Shown here one piece after another: positions 20,232-30,064 of a stretch of DNA of 64,000 nucleotides (positions are counted from its first letter, which is position 1; every line of letters starts with the position of its first letter). The stretch is from Candidatus Eiseniibacteriota bacterium (lineage in GTDB: Bacteria; Eisenbacteria; RBG-16-71-46). A program made the translations under genes and the position numbers. The notes under the pieces were generated by a model, which searched no databases, had not been told where the DNA came from, and was given only the letters and a program-made list of their open reading frames with translations. Location: NCBI GenBank assembly GCA_963744995.1, contig CAVUWA010000010.1:608001-672000 (forward strand). Direction: 5' to 3'.

Positions 20232-20981
20232 CTACTTCGGCGCCGTCACCACCCGCGCCTGCTCTACCGCGCCCTTGCCAAGCAGATCGTTGGCGGCTTT
20301 GACCGCGGCGGCCCGGCTCGAATACTTGCCCAGGTAGACGTGATAGACCGCGTTGTCGCCGCTGCCCACTGCGGCCACCTTCGCATCGAGACCGGTCGAG
20401 GCCTTCAGCGTCTCCGCCGCCTTGTTCGCCGGCGCCTCGAACAGGAACTCACCCGCGTCCAAGGCGAACGGACCGGCCTCCTGCGGTGCTTCTTCAGCCG
20501 CGCCCCCCGCCGCAGCCGAACTGCCCGACGCGCTCGTGCCGCCCGTGGCACTTCCCGCCGGCTTCCCGGCGGCCTTCGCCTGCGCGGCGATGATCTGCCG
20601 CTGCTTCCACTTCGGCAGCTTGTTGAACGCGGCGATCGAGTCGGCGCGTGCCGCGGCCGCCAGACTGTCGGCATGGGCGCGCGCGGCGGCGAGCGAATCG
20701 GCGACCGCCTTCTCGCGCGCCTGAATGGCCGCGACCCGTGCGGCTTCGGCCTTCACCTGCGCCTGATGATTCTGATAGAGCCACCAGCCGCCTGCGATGA
20801 CCGCAAGGATGACGACGATCGTGACGATCATGCCGACGGGAGAGCGCTTCTGGGGCTCCCAATCGATGTCGCCTCCGGTCTCTTCGTCGCCGAGTTTGTC
20901 TCTCAGGCGCGCGGGCAGCCGGTAGTCGCTCGCCGGCTTCTCCGCGCCGGGTTCCTTCTCCTGATCTTCCGTTCCACTCAT
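20232..20981 (-). CDS. Membrane-anchored SPOR-domain protein
   Basis: Single TM segment, Ala-rich linker, C-terminal FALDAGEF...YHVYLGKYSSRAAA. Confidence 0.75.
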   Translation of the reverse strand: MSGTEDQEKEPGAEKPASDYRLPARLRDKLGDEETGGDIDWEPQKRSPVGMIVTIVVILAVIAGGWWLYQNHQAQVKAEAARVAAIQAREKAVADSLAAARAHADSLAAAARADSIAAFNKLPKWKQRQIIAAQAKAAGKPAGSATGGTSASGSSAAAGGAAEEAPQEAGPFALDAGEFLFEAPANKAAETLKASTGLDAKVAAVGSGDNAVYHVYLGKYSSRAAAVKAANDLLGKGAVEQARVVTAPK

Positions 20982-21218
20982 GATTCCTCCTCACACGGGA
21001 CGGCAGCGGGGCGCCGGCGTCGCGGATTCATCGGGTCGCCCGGAAAACACGTGCCCGCCACCATATCAAATGGCGACCCGGGAATCGCATCGGGCGCCGC
21101 ACGTGGCCCGGGCACGGAGGCCGGCGGACCTCAGCAGCGGGCGGCAAGGGTGCGCCGGAGGGTAACCCGGTCCCGCCATGCCGTGGCGGCGTGGCGGGTC
21201 AGACCGGGGCGTCCCCCA

Positions 21219-22139
21219 TCAGGCCTTCACGAGGGGCGCGCCACCCTGGTTCTCCGCCACGCGGCGCTCGATCCGCGCCCAGCGTTCGTCCACCCCGTGC
21301 TGGATCGCCCGGACGTCGTCTTCGCCGAGCTGGCGGAAGCGGCCCTGCCGGCTCAGGTACTCCGCGACCGGCGTTCCCTCGGGCCGGACCGTCACCCGCC
21401 ACGTCTCGCCGTGCTCGACCTCGAGCAGCGGGAAGACGCGGGACTGCACGGCCAGACGCGACAGCGCGATCGTCTCGGCATCCTCGGTCTTCCACCCCGG
21501 CGGGCAGGGCGCCATCACGTGGAGGAAGCGCATGCCGTGAATGGCTCTCGCCTTCGTGACCTTCGCCATCAGATCTTCGGGGTAGGCCAGCGTGGCGCTC
21601 GCCGCATAGGGGATGCGGTGGGCCGCGAGGATCGCGAGAATGTCCTTCTTGGGATGCGATTTCGTGTGCAGGCCCGGCGTCGTCGTGGTCCATGCGCCGA
21701 ACGGGGTGGCCGACGAGCGCTGGATGCCGGTATTCATGTACGCCTCGTTGTCGTAGCAGACGTACAGAATGTCCTCGTTGCGCTCCGCCGCGCCCGACAG
21801 GGCCTGCAGGCCGATGTCGAACGTGCCGCCGTCGCCGGCCCATGCGACCACCTGGGTCTCCGTGTCGCCGCGCGCGAGCAGCGCCGCCTTGATTCCCGAC
21901 GCCACCGAAGCGCCGGTCTCGAACGCGGTGTGGTAGAGCGGCACCTTGAGCGACGTCTGCGGGTACGGTCCGGCGATGATGCTCCAGCAGCAGGCCGGCA
22001 GCGCCACGATGGTCCGCTCGCCGAGTCCCTTGAGCACCATGCGCATCGCCAGCGCGGCGCCGCAGCCCGGACAGGCGAGATGTCCGGAATCGAGCAGCTC
22101 GTCCTGCGGGATCGCGTCCTTGAACATCGTCTGCGTCAT
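21219..22139 (-). CDS. porB: 2-oxoacid (pyruvate/ketoisovalerate):ferredoxin oxidoreductase beta subunit
   Basis: GHLACPGCG; TPP motif GDGGTFDIG...YDNEAYMNTG; PCPPGW. Confidence 0.92.
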   Translation of the reverse strand: MTQTMFKDAIPQDELLDSGHLACPGCGAALAMRMVLKGLGERTIVALPACCWSIIAGPYPQTSLKVPLYHTAFETGASVASGIKAALLARGDTETQVVAWAGDGGTFDIGLQALSGAAERNEDILYVCYDNEAYMNTGIQRSSATPFGAWTTTTPGLHTKSHPKKDILAILAAHRIPYAASATLAYPEDLMAKVTKARAIHGMRFLHVMAPCPPGWKTEDAETIALSRLAVQSRVFPLLEVEHGETWRVTVRPEGTPVAEYLSRQGRFRQLGEDDVRAIQHGVDERWARIERRVAENQGGAPLVKA

Positions 22140-23302
22140 GGCTTCACCCCCACCCATTCGTCTTCGCGCACGGCCTGGGAGATACCTTCTCCCTGCGTGC
22201 GGTCCAGGCACTCGCCGATCAGCGCCGGCGTCACGTCCCGGCCGCCGAGCCCGATCACGTAGCCGTCCACGTGCGGGCGTTCCCGGTCGTCCACGTCGTA
22301 GAGCGCCGAGCGCAGCTCTTCGGCGAAGATCCCGCCGTGGCCGGGCGAGATGTTGCGATCGAGCACCGCCACGCGCGGCACGCCGGCGAGCGCCTCGCGC
22401 AGCTCGCGCGTCGGGAACGGGCGGAACATCTTGATCTTGACGAGCCCCACCTTTTCACCGCGGGCACGGCGTTCGTTCACCACGTGCCGTGCCGTCGAGG
22501 TGACCGTGCCCGAGGTGACGAGCACGGTCTCGGCGCCGTCCACGTGGTAGCGCTCGATCGCGCCCCACGCGCGGCCGAAACGGCGCGCCCAGTCCGCTTC
22601 GATCGCACGCATCGTCTCGGGCACCCGGTCGAACGCCTCCTGCTGGCGCTTGCGCATCTCCATGTAGACCGCCGGCGTGGTGAGCGCTCCGAACGCCCGC
22701 GGATTCGCGATGTCGAGTTTGAGTTCGGTCTCGCGGCGCGGCAGGAATGCATCCACGGCGTCCGGCTCGGGGATGTCCACGGGCTCGGAGGTGTGCGACA
22801 GGAAGAACGCGTCGAGCACGATCATCACCGGGAGATTCAGGGTCTCGGCGAGGCGGAACGCCTGCACGGTGGTGTCGAGCACTTCCTGGTTGTTCTCGCA
22901 GTAGAGCTGCACCCACCCGGTATCGCGCTGGGCGAGCGTGTCGTTCTGATCGGTCCAGATGTTCCAGCCGGGCGCGACGGCGCGGTTGACGTCGGCCATC
23001 ACGATCGGCAGCCGCCCGAGCCCCGCCCAGTGGAGCAGCTCGTGCATGAGCAGCAGGCCCTGCGACGACGTGGCGGTGAACGCGCGCACGCCGGCGGCGG
23101 AAGCGCCGATGGACGCCGCCATCGCCGAGTGCTCCGATTCGACCTTGATGAAGCGGGCCGCGAGCCGGCCGTCGGCGCACATTTCCGCCAGCTCCTCGAC
23201 GATCTGGGTCTGGGGAGTGATCGGATAGGCCGCGATGACTTCGGCGCGGGCCAGCGCCACTCCCCACGACACCGCGTGGTTACCGACGATGACCTTCTTC
23301 AC
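22136..23302 (-). CDS. porA: 2-oxoacid:ferredoxin oxidoreductase alpha subunit
   Basis: AAYPITPQT, VESEHSAM, TATSSQGL, GLGGRD. Confidence 0.92.
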   Translation of the reverse strand: MKKVIVGNHAVSWGVALARAEVIAAYPITPQTQIVEELAEMCADGRLAARFIKVESEHSAMAASIGASAAGVRAFTATSSQGLLLMHELLHWAGLGRLPIVMADVNRAVAPGWNIWTDQNDTLAQRDTGWVQLYCENNQEVLDTTVQAFRLAETLNLPVMIVLDAFFLSHTSEPVDIPEPDAVDAFLPRRETELKLDIANPRAFGALTTPAVYMEMRKRQQEAFDRVPETMRAIEADWARRFGRAWGAIERYHVDGAETVLVTSGTVTSTARHVVNERRARGEKVGLVKIKMFRPFPTRELREALAGVPRVAVLDRNISPGHGGIFAEELRSALYDVDDRERPHVDGYVIGLGGRDVTPALIGECLDRTQGEGISQAVREDEWVGVKP

Positions 23303-25134
23303 AGTCCCTCCCGCGTCATGACGATGGCCCCGCGCGGGCATTCTTCCGCGCACACGCCGCAGCCCTTGCAGTAGTCGTAGTCGATGTCGAAGCGTCCGTC
23401 CTCACGCCGCGTAATCGCGACGTCCGGACAGAACACCAGGCACACCTCGCACCCGTTGCACACGCCGCAGTTGAAGCAGCGCCGCGCTTCGGCCAGTGCA
23501 TCGTCCCGCCTGAGGCCCAGATTCGCCTCGCTGAAGTCGTGACGCGCCTGGTACGACGGGCGCTGGCGGTCGTCGTGCCGCGGAGCGGTCTCGAAGTGGG
23601 CGAAGTTCAGGTCCGCCGGGCCCGCGACTTCGTTGACCGGATTCACCCGGACGACGGGATCGCTCTCGAGCCACTTCGCGACCGACAGATTGCCGTCGGG
23701 TCCGAGCCGCAGCTCGCCCAGCTCGACCGCATCCGGGTCCATCCCGTCGAGCAGCCGCAGGTAGTGGTCGATCCCGATCGCCGCGCGCTTGCCCGAGCCG
23801 ATCGCGAATGCGACCGTGTGCGGCTCCTCGATCACGTCGCCGCCCGCGAACAGCGCCGTGCGGCTGGTGTTGCCGAGCGGCGACACGTGCAGGGCGCCGT
23901 TGCGGTTCTCGAGTTCCGGCGGCAGGGTGTCGAGGTCGACCTCCTCGCCGAGCGCGGTCACCACCGCGTCGCACGGCACCGTGAATTCGGTGCCCGGCAC
24001 CGGCTCGGGCCGCCGGCGGCCGGAGGCGTCGGGCGCGCCGAGCGACATCTTCACGCAGGAGACCCCGGTGACGCGGCCCCGGGTTCCCGGTGTGTCGAAC
24101 GTGTTGAAGGTGTCGCCGACGGCATCGAGCGGTTCCTGATCGGGCGCGGCGGCTTCTCCAAGGATCGCCACGGGCGCGGCGAGGAAGCCGAAGCGCACGC
24201 CTTCGTGGAGCGCAGCCTCCACTTCTTCGTGATTGGCCGGCATCTCCGCCCGACCGCGCCGGTAGAGCACCGTGACTTCCGCGCCGAGCCGCACTGCCGT
24301 GCGCGCGCAGTCCATGGCGGTGTTGCCGCCGCCCACGACCACCACCCGCCGGCCGAGGTGGGGACGGGCGCCGGCGTTCACCGCCTTGAGCAGCGCGAGA
24401 CCCTGCAGCACCTGCGGCAGGTCCTCGCCGGGGACCCCGAGCGGGCGCCGGCGCTGCACCCCGGTCGCGAGGAATACCGCATCGAAGCCGTCGAGCGCCT
24501 CGAACGGCAGATCGCGGCCCACACGGGTATGGCACTGGAAGCGCACGCCCATCGCACGGATGCGCTCGACCTCGTGGTGGAGCACGTTCTTGGGAAGCCG
24601 GTAGCCCGGAATCCCCCAGCGCAGCACCCCTCCGGGTTCGGCTTCCGCGTCGTATACGGTCACGGCGTAACCCAGCCGGCCGAGGTGGTAGGCGCAGGCG
24701 AGGCCCGCCGGGCCCGCGCCCACGACCGCTACGGTTTCTTCACGTCGCACCGCCGGGCGCTTCACGTCGGCACCCAGCGAGAGATCGCCGAGCATGCGTT
24801 CCACGGCGTGGATCGCGACGGGCTGGTCGAGGTGGGCCCGGTTGCAGGCGAGTTCGCACGGGTGGTAGCAGACACGGCCGGTCACCGCCGGCAGCGGGTT
24901 CTCGCGGAGCAGCAGATCGCGCGCGTCGTCGAGACGGTCCTCGCGAACCAGGTTCATCCAGCCTTCGATGTCCACCCCCACGGGGCAGCCCTGATTGCAC
25001 GGCGCGACCCGATCGCGATAGACGGGGCGGATGTACTTCCATGAGCCGGTCCGGTTCACGCGCGTCGAGGCGCTGCTCACGGCGACCGGCGGCACGCCGT
25101 GGACGAGATCGGGTTCGCGCGGCTCAGGAGACAT
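23299..25134 (-). CDS. Fusion of POR delta subunit with a GltD/NfnB-like FAD/NAD(P)H oxidoreductase
   Basis: N-terminal TGSWKYIRPV; PC...CP and GRVCYHPCELACNR clusters; GAGPAG and GGGNTAMD; C-terminal 2x[4Fe-4S] motifs (CNGCEVCLVFCP, IDYDYCKGCGVCAEECP). Confidence 0.85.
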   Translation of the reverse strand: MSPEPREPDLVHGVPPVAVSSASTRVNRTGSWKYIRPVYRDRVAPCNQGCPVGVDIEGWMNLVREDRLDDARDLLLRENPLPAVTGRVCYHPCELACNRAHLDQPVAIHAVERMLGDLSLGADVKRPAVRREETVAVVGAGPAGLACAYHLGRLGYAVTVYDAEAEPGGVLRWGIPGYRLPKNVLHHEVERIRAMGVRFQCHTRVGRDLPFEALDGFDAVFLATGVQRRRPLGVPGEDLPQVLQGLALLKAVNAGARPHLGRRVVVVGGGNTAMDCARTAVRLGAEVTVLYRRGRAEMPANHEEVEAALHEGVRFGFLAAPVAILGEAAAPDQEPLDAVGDTFNTFDTPGTRGRVTGVSCVKMSLGAPDASGRRRPEPVPGTEFTVPCDAVVTALGEEVDLDTLPPELENRNGALHVSPLGNTSRTALFAGGDVIEEPHTVAFAIGSGKRAAIGIDHYLRLLDGMDPDAVELGELRLGPDGNLSVAKWLESDPVVRVNPVNEVAGPADLNFAHFETAPRHDDRQRPSYQARHDFSEANLGLRRDDALAEARRCFNCGVCNGCEVCLVFCPDVAITRREDGRFDIDYDYCKGCGVCAEECPRGAIVMTREGL

Positions 25135-25696
25135 GGGATACCTCCGCGACCTGGAGTGCCGCCGCCGCCTCGCGGGCGGCGGCCACGTTGGCGTCGGCGC
25201 GCGACGTCATTTCGCTTTCGATCGCACGGCACACGGCGTCGAGCGAGACCAGTTTCGAGAACACCGCGAACGCACCGAGGATCGCGGTGTTGACGATCGG
25301 CTGAGTCTTCGATCCCAGTTCGTGGTGCGCCGCGATCCTGCTGGCGTTCACGGTGCCCACGCGAAAACGGGCGGCCAGCTCCGGATATCCCGCTGCAGTC
25401 CGTTCCGAATTGATGAGAATGCTGCCGCCCGGCTTGAGGCCTCCGGTGACGTCCACCGCCGCGATCAGGGTGGGGTCGAGGACGATGAGATCATCCGGCT
25501 CGGTCACTTCACAGCGCAGCAGGATCGGACCGTCGCTCACCCGCAGAAATGCGGTGACCGGGGCGCCCCGGCGCTCGACGCCGAACGCCGGGAACGACTG
25601 GACGGACCGGTCTTCCAGAAAGAACGCGGTCGCGAGCAGCTTCGAGGCGATGACCGCGCCCTGCCCGCCGCGCCCGTGAATGCGTAGCTCGCGCAT
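25124..25696 (-). CDS. porC: 2-oxoacid:ferredoxin oxidoreductase gamma subunit
   Basis: MRELRIHGRGGQG, FGVERRGAPV, NTAILGA. Confidence 0.92.
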   Translation of the reverse strand: MRELRIHGRGGQGAVIASKLLATAFFLEDRSVQSFPAFGVERRGAPVTAFLRVSDGPILLRCEVTEPDDLIVLDPTLIAAVDVTGGLKPGGSILINSERTAAGYPELAARFRVGTVNASRIAAHHELGSKTQPIVNTAILGAFAVFSKLVSLDAVCRAIESEMTSRADANVAAAREAAAALQVAEVSHVS

Positions 25697-25992
25697 CGCA
25701 GCCTCCTTCGCGCGCTCGATGTACCGCCTGGCGCACGGCCGGCGAAAGCCGCCCTGCGCCTCGAGTGGGTTCAATCCACGGGCTCCCGCTCGCATTCCCC
25801 GTGCCGGAAGAACGGCCACGAAAGCCGGTGTCCGGCGGCCTGTCCCCCAACGGATTACGGGGACGGACCCGAAGCGCGTGCGGGCGGCGTGCCGACGCGG
25901 CCTGCGCCTCTGTCATTGCGGGCTGACAAAACCGATCGACCCGGCGACCGCGGCGCGGGCGGGCCCGCCTGCGCGCCGGGCTCCATGCGGAC

Positions 25993-27087
25993 CTACCCGG
26001 CGGCCTGTTCGAGCTCCGGCGGACGGGCGCCCGCACCGCCCAGCTCGGCACGCATGCGCGGGAGGCTCTGCGGGTGGTGCTTCTGCAGGTACGCCACGAG
26101 CTGCTCGCGCACGTGGCAGCGCAGGTTCCATGCGGTCCCCGCGTCGGGCGCGCTCATCAGCGCACGCAGCTCGAGGGCGCGTTCGTTCGAGTCGGTTACC
26201 TGCAGTCCCCAGGTCTTGCCGTCCCACATGTCGGTGGCCTTGAGGATCCGGTGCAGCTCTTCGCGCACCGCCTCCACCGGAACCGTGTAATCGCAATGCA
26301 CGAGCGTCGTGCCGAGCAGATCGGCGGTCTGCCGGGTCCAGTTCTGGAACGGATGGTCCAGAAAGTAGGACAGCGGCACGACGAGCCGGCGCAGATCCCA
26401 GATCCGCACGACGACGTAGGTGGCCGCGATCTCTTCGATCCACCCCCATTCTCCTTCGACGATCACCACATCCTCGATTCGAATCGGCTCCGTGAGCGCG
26501 AGCTGGATGCCCGCGATCAGGCTCGAGAGGGTCGGGCGCGCGGCGAGGCCGACGACCAGGCCTGCGGCGCCGGCCGAGGCCAGCAGGCTGGTCCCGAGAT
26601 GGCGAATCGTCGGGAACGTCATCAGCATGATCGCCAGCGCGACGACCACCACCACCGCGGCCACGATGCGCCGGAACACGCGGAACTGGGTCTGAACGCG
26701 GCGCGCGTTCAGGTTGTCACGCCGGTCGATGTCGTAGCGCTGCGCCACGAAGTCCTCCAGCACCCGCGTGAAGTTCACGATCAGCCAGGCGATCGCCGCG
26801 ATGAGGCCGAGTCCGGCCGCGTGCAGCAGCGCGCCGGTCACCGCATCGGACAGCGGCAGCGGCGGAATGGTCGCGGACGCGGCCAGCAGGGCCATGATCG
26901 GCAGGGCCGGCCCGCGGACGTGTCGGATCACCGAATCGTCGATTGCGTTGCCGGTGCGCCGGGTCACACGGCCCGCGAACCCGAACGCGATCCGGTGGAC
27001 GATCCATGCGAGCAGGACGGCGGCCACCATCACGCCACCGTCGGCGAGCCATGGCCTGAGGACTTCGAACGACAGGGGAGAGCTCAT
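25993..27087 (-). CDS. MscS-family mechanosensitive channel
   Basis: LLASAG..GLVVGLAA, PIRIEDVVIVEGEWGWIEEI, FQNWTR. Confidence 0.9.
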   Translation of the reverse strand: MSSPLSFEVLRPWLADGGVMVAAVLLAWIVHRIAFGFAGRVTRRTGNAIDDSVIRHVRGPALPIMALLAASATIPPLPLSDAVTGALLHAAGLGLIAAIAWLIVNFTRVLEDFVAQRYDIDRRDNLNARRVQTQFRVFRRIVAAVVVVVALAIMLMTFPTIRHLGTSLLASAGAAGLVVGLAARPTLSSLIAGIQLALTEPIRIEDVVIVEGEWGWIEEIAATYVVVRIWDLRRLVVPLSYFLDHPFQNWTRQTADLLGTTLVHCDYTVPVEAVREELHRILKATDMWDGKTWGLQVTDSNERALELRALMSAPDAGTAWNLRCHVREQLVAYLQKHHPQSLPRMRAELGGAGARPPELEQAAG

Positions 27088-27241
27088 GGATGGGTCTCCT
27101 TTCCCAGAAGCAGGGCGGGCCGGAACGCTTCCACCGACAGGACGATCCATGCTACGCATCCCTCGAATCCGAAGCGAACGCCGGACCCGGCGGCCGCTTC
27201 GCGCGGGCACACACGCTCCGTCGCATGCGGGAGGCGCGCAC

Positions 27242-27601
27242 ATGACCAGGTTTCTGCTGTTGCTCCCGGCGGGCCTGAGTCTGCTCGTGCTCGGCGCCCA
27301 CTTCCTGCGACGCATGGCGCTGGGCCCGGTGTTGATCTGCCTCGTCCTGCTGAGGCTGCTCTGGGTGCGCAAGACGTGGGCGACGCGCACGCTTCAGGTC
27401 GCGCTGGTCCTCGGCGCGGTCGAATGGATCCATACGACGATGACCCTGGTCCCCGAGCGGGTGGCGATCGGCGAGCCCTGGCAACGCATGGCGACGATCC
27501 TCGAGGCGGTCGCGTGGTTCACGTTCCTCTCGGCGTTGCTGTTCGAGCTGCCGCCGCTCAAACGCCGTGACGGACGTCTCGCCCCGGGGTCATCCGAGTA
27601 G
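27242..27601 (+). CDS. Small hypothetical membrane protein
   Basis: GGAGG RBS; LGAHFLR; hydrophobic segments; GEPWQRMATIL. Confidence 0.7.
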   Translation: MTRFLLLLPAGLSLLVLGAHFLRRMALGPVLICLVLLRLLWVRKTWATRTLQVALVLGAVEWIHTTMTLVPERVAIGEPWQRMATILEAVAWFTFLSALLFELPPLKRRDGRLAPGSSE

Positions 27602-27908
27602 CGCCCCGGGGGCCTTTCCCGGCCGGGCTCGAAGCCATGGCCTTCCGGCGGCGGGCAACCGACCGTGGAAGCAAGATGCCTCCCCATCCATCGCGCCAGA
27701 CCGATCTTCATTGACTACGGGAGCGGGTGAGTCGAGACTCGGGGTGGCTCCTGGATCGGTGATCCGTGCGCAATGCGTCGGCATCCGCAGCTGTCCCGCA
27801 GTGCACGCCCCCCCTGATACCGGTCATGCGTAGCTCCGGTTGGGCTTCATGCCCCTCGGGCCGGAACCACATCGCTGCGTCTCACCACCACAGGAGGGAA
27901 TGCACATC

Positions 27909-28628
27909 ATGAACACCAGGGTTACCGCCTCCATCATGGGCGCCACGCTCGCGCTGGTGCTTGCTTCGACCGCGTTTGCCGCGCCCGTCAACGGCATCTA
28001 CACGTCCACGGATCTCGGCGGTCAGCTGCTCACCGGCCGCGCATCCACATGGCGATCAGGAATCAATTCGGGCCTGCCGCATGTGCTGCACGCGCAGTCG
28101 TGGAACGGCGCGACGCTCGGCACGCAGTGGGAGATCTCCTGCCCGACCGAGGCCGTCAACTTCTCGGTGCAGGACAACCGGGTCGGCGGCGTCGGGACGA
28201 TCGTCTACACCAGCACGTTCCAGGGCGGCACGTTCACCTTCTTCCCCGGCGGCTGGCCATGGGGTGATGGGACCGGCACGCTGGGAACGACCACGCTGAT
28301 CACGACCGTGCAGTACATCCTCGTCAGCGGGGTCAGCACGCCCGTCTCGGCGGTCGTCAACGGCAACACGTCGGGCCTCTTCGCCGGCGGCTGCAACCTC
28401 ACCTTCGCCATCGCCAACGGTGTCGGCGTCGGCGAGACGACATCCCTCAATCCGGCGATCACGAAGCCGGTGGACTACCCCGCGTTCCTCGACGGTAGCT
28501 GCGGTCCCGCGGCGGCGAACGCGCAGTTCGGCAGCTGGGGAACCGTCATCACCATCACGATGAACATCGATTGCGCCACGCCGACGCACCCGTCGACCTG
28601 GGGCAGACTGAAACAGATCTACCGCTAA
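27909..28628 (+). CDS. Secreted Thr/Gly-rich protein with C-terminal TWGRLKQIYR tail
   Basis: GGAGG RBS, signal peptide ending AFA, tail ATPTHPSTWGRLKQIYR. Confidence 0.85.
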   Translation: MNTRVTASIMGATLALVLASTAFAAPVNGIYTSTDLGGQLLTGRASTWRSGINSGLPHVLHAQSWNGATLGTQWEISCPTEAVNFSVQDNRVGGVGTIVYTSTFQGGTFTFFPGGWPWGDGTGTLGTTTLITTVQYILVSGVSTPVSAVVNGNTSGLFAGGCNLTFAIANGVGVGETTSLNPAITKPVDYPAFLDGSCGPAAANAQFGSWGTVITITMNIDCATPTHPSTWGRLKQIYR

Positions 28629-28836
28629 CGCGTGCTTTGCGGCGGGAAACCGGTCCCGTGCCGGTTCGCGGCCACCCTCGACCAGGGGGTGGCCGCGGTC
28701 GTCAGCAGGGGGCGGCCGCGGCACTGTCCGGCACCTGCCCCCCCGTCCGTGCAGGAGTGCTATCTTTCGCGGCGACTTTCGTCTGACTCACCCTCTCGTC
28801 CGCCGATCCGTGTCCGTCCCGAAGCTGGAACGTCCC

Positions 28837-30051
28837 ATGACCATCGACATCGCCGCCTGTCGCTCCGCCGAAGAGATCCTGCCCGCCTTCGCACCGGTGT
28901 TCCATTACTTCGGCGCCACGCCCGCGCCTCAGGACGGCGACCGCTTCGTGCCGTTCATCGAACCCTCCCGCGCGTTCGCCGCGCGCGAGAACGGCGCCGT
29001 GGTCGGCGGTTGCGGGTCGTTCCCGTTCGAGATGACCGTCCCGGGCGGCACGGTGCGCACCGCCGGGCTCTCGGTGGTGGGCGTGCGGCCCACGCATCGC
29101 CGGCGTGGAATCCTCAGGCGCATGATGCGGGCGCAGCTCGACGACGTGCAGCGCCGCGGCGAGCCGGTCGCGGCGCTGTGGGCATCCGAGGACACGATCT
29201 ACGGCCAGTTCGGCTACGGTCAGGCGTCGTTCTGCGGCGACATGGACCTGCCGAAGTCCGCGACCCGCTTCGCACAGTCCTTCGAGCCCACGGGAACGCT
29301 GCGCATGGTCGATGCCGCGGAAGCCGAGACGGCGTTCCCCCGGGTGTACGACCGCGTGCGTTCCGAGCGGCCGGGCATGCTCGCGCGCAGCGTCGAGTGG
29401 TGGCGGCACCGCCGTCTCGCCGACCCCGAGAATCGACGCCGCGGCGGCGGCGAGCTCAATTGCGTGCTGCTCTCTCACGACGGTCGGCCGAGCGGCTACG
29501 CGCTCTACCGCATCCATCAGCAGTTCGACTCCGGCGTCTCGGTCGGGCACCTGAACGTCGTGGAAGCGATGGGCGCGACGCTCGCTGCGACCCGCGAGAT
29601 CTGGCGCTTCCTGCTCGACGTCGACTGGATCACCCGCGTGAAGGCGAGCCTCCTGCCGATGGATCACCCGCTGTTCTTCCTGCTCGCGCGCCCGCGCGAG
29701 ATGCGCTTTCGCCTGCATGACGGTCTGTGGGTGCGGCTGGTGGATCTGCCCGCGGCGATCGCGGCGCGACGCCGCGGCGCAGGCGAACCGGTGGTGATCG
29801 AGGTCGCCGATCCGTTCTGCGAATGGAACGCCGGCCGCTGGCGCGTGGGACCGGGCGGCGCGGAACGGACGAGCGCTGCCGCCGAACTGGCCTGCGACGT
29901 CACGGCGCTCGGCTCCGTCTACCTGGGCGGCTTCACCTTCCGGCGTCTCGCCGACGCGGGACGCGTGGTCGAGCTCGGCGCGGGTGCCCTCGCGCGCGCC
30001 GATGCCATGTTCCCGGCGGATGGGGCACCCTGGTGCCCGGAGGTCTTTTGA
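28837..30051 (+). CDS. Eis-family GNAT acetyltransferase
   Basis: VGVRPTHRRRGIL, LWASEDTIYGQFGYG; SCP2-like C-terminus LGSVYLGG...PWCPEVF. Confidence 0.92.
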   Translation: MTIDIAACRSAEEILPAFAPVFHYFGATPAPQDGDRFVPFIEPSRAFAARENGAVVGGCGSFPFEMTVPGGTVRTAGLSVVGVRPTHRRRGILRRMMRAQLDDVQRRGEPVAALWASEDTIYGQFGYGQASFCGDMDLPKSATRFAQSFEPTGTLRMVDAAEAETAFPRVYDRVRSERPGMLARSVEWWRHRRLADPENRRRGGGELNCVLLSHDGRPSGYALYRIHQQFDSGVSVGHLNVVEAMGATLAATREIWRFLLDVDWITRVKASLLPMDHPLFFLLARPREMRFRLHDGLWVRLVDLPAAIAARRRGAGEPVVIEVADPFCEWNAGRWRVGPGGAERTSAAAELACDVTALGSVYLGGFTFRRLADAGRVVELGAGALARADAMFPADGAPWCPEVF

Positions 30052-30064
30052 GGCACCGGCGGCC

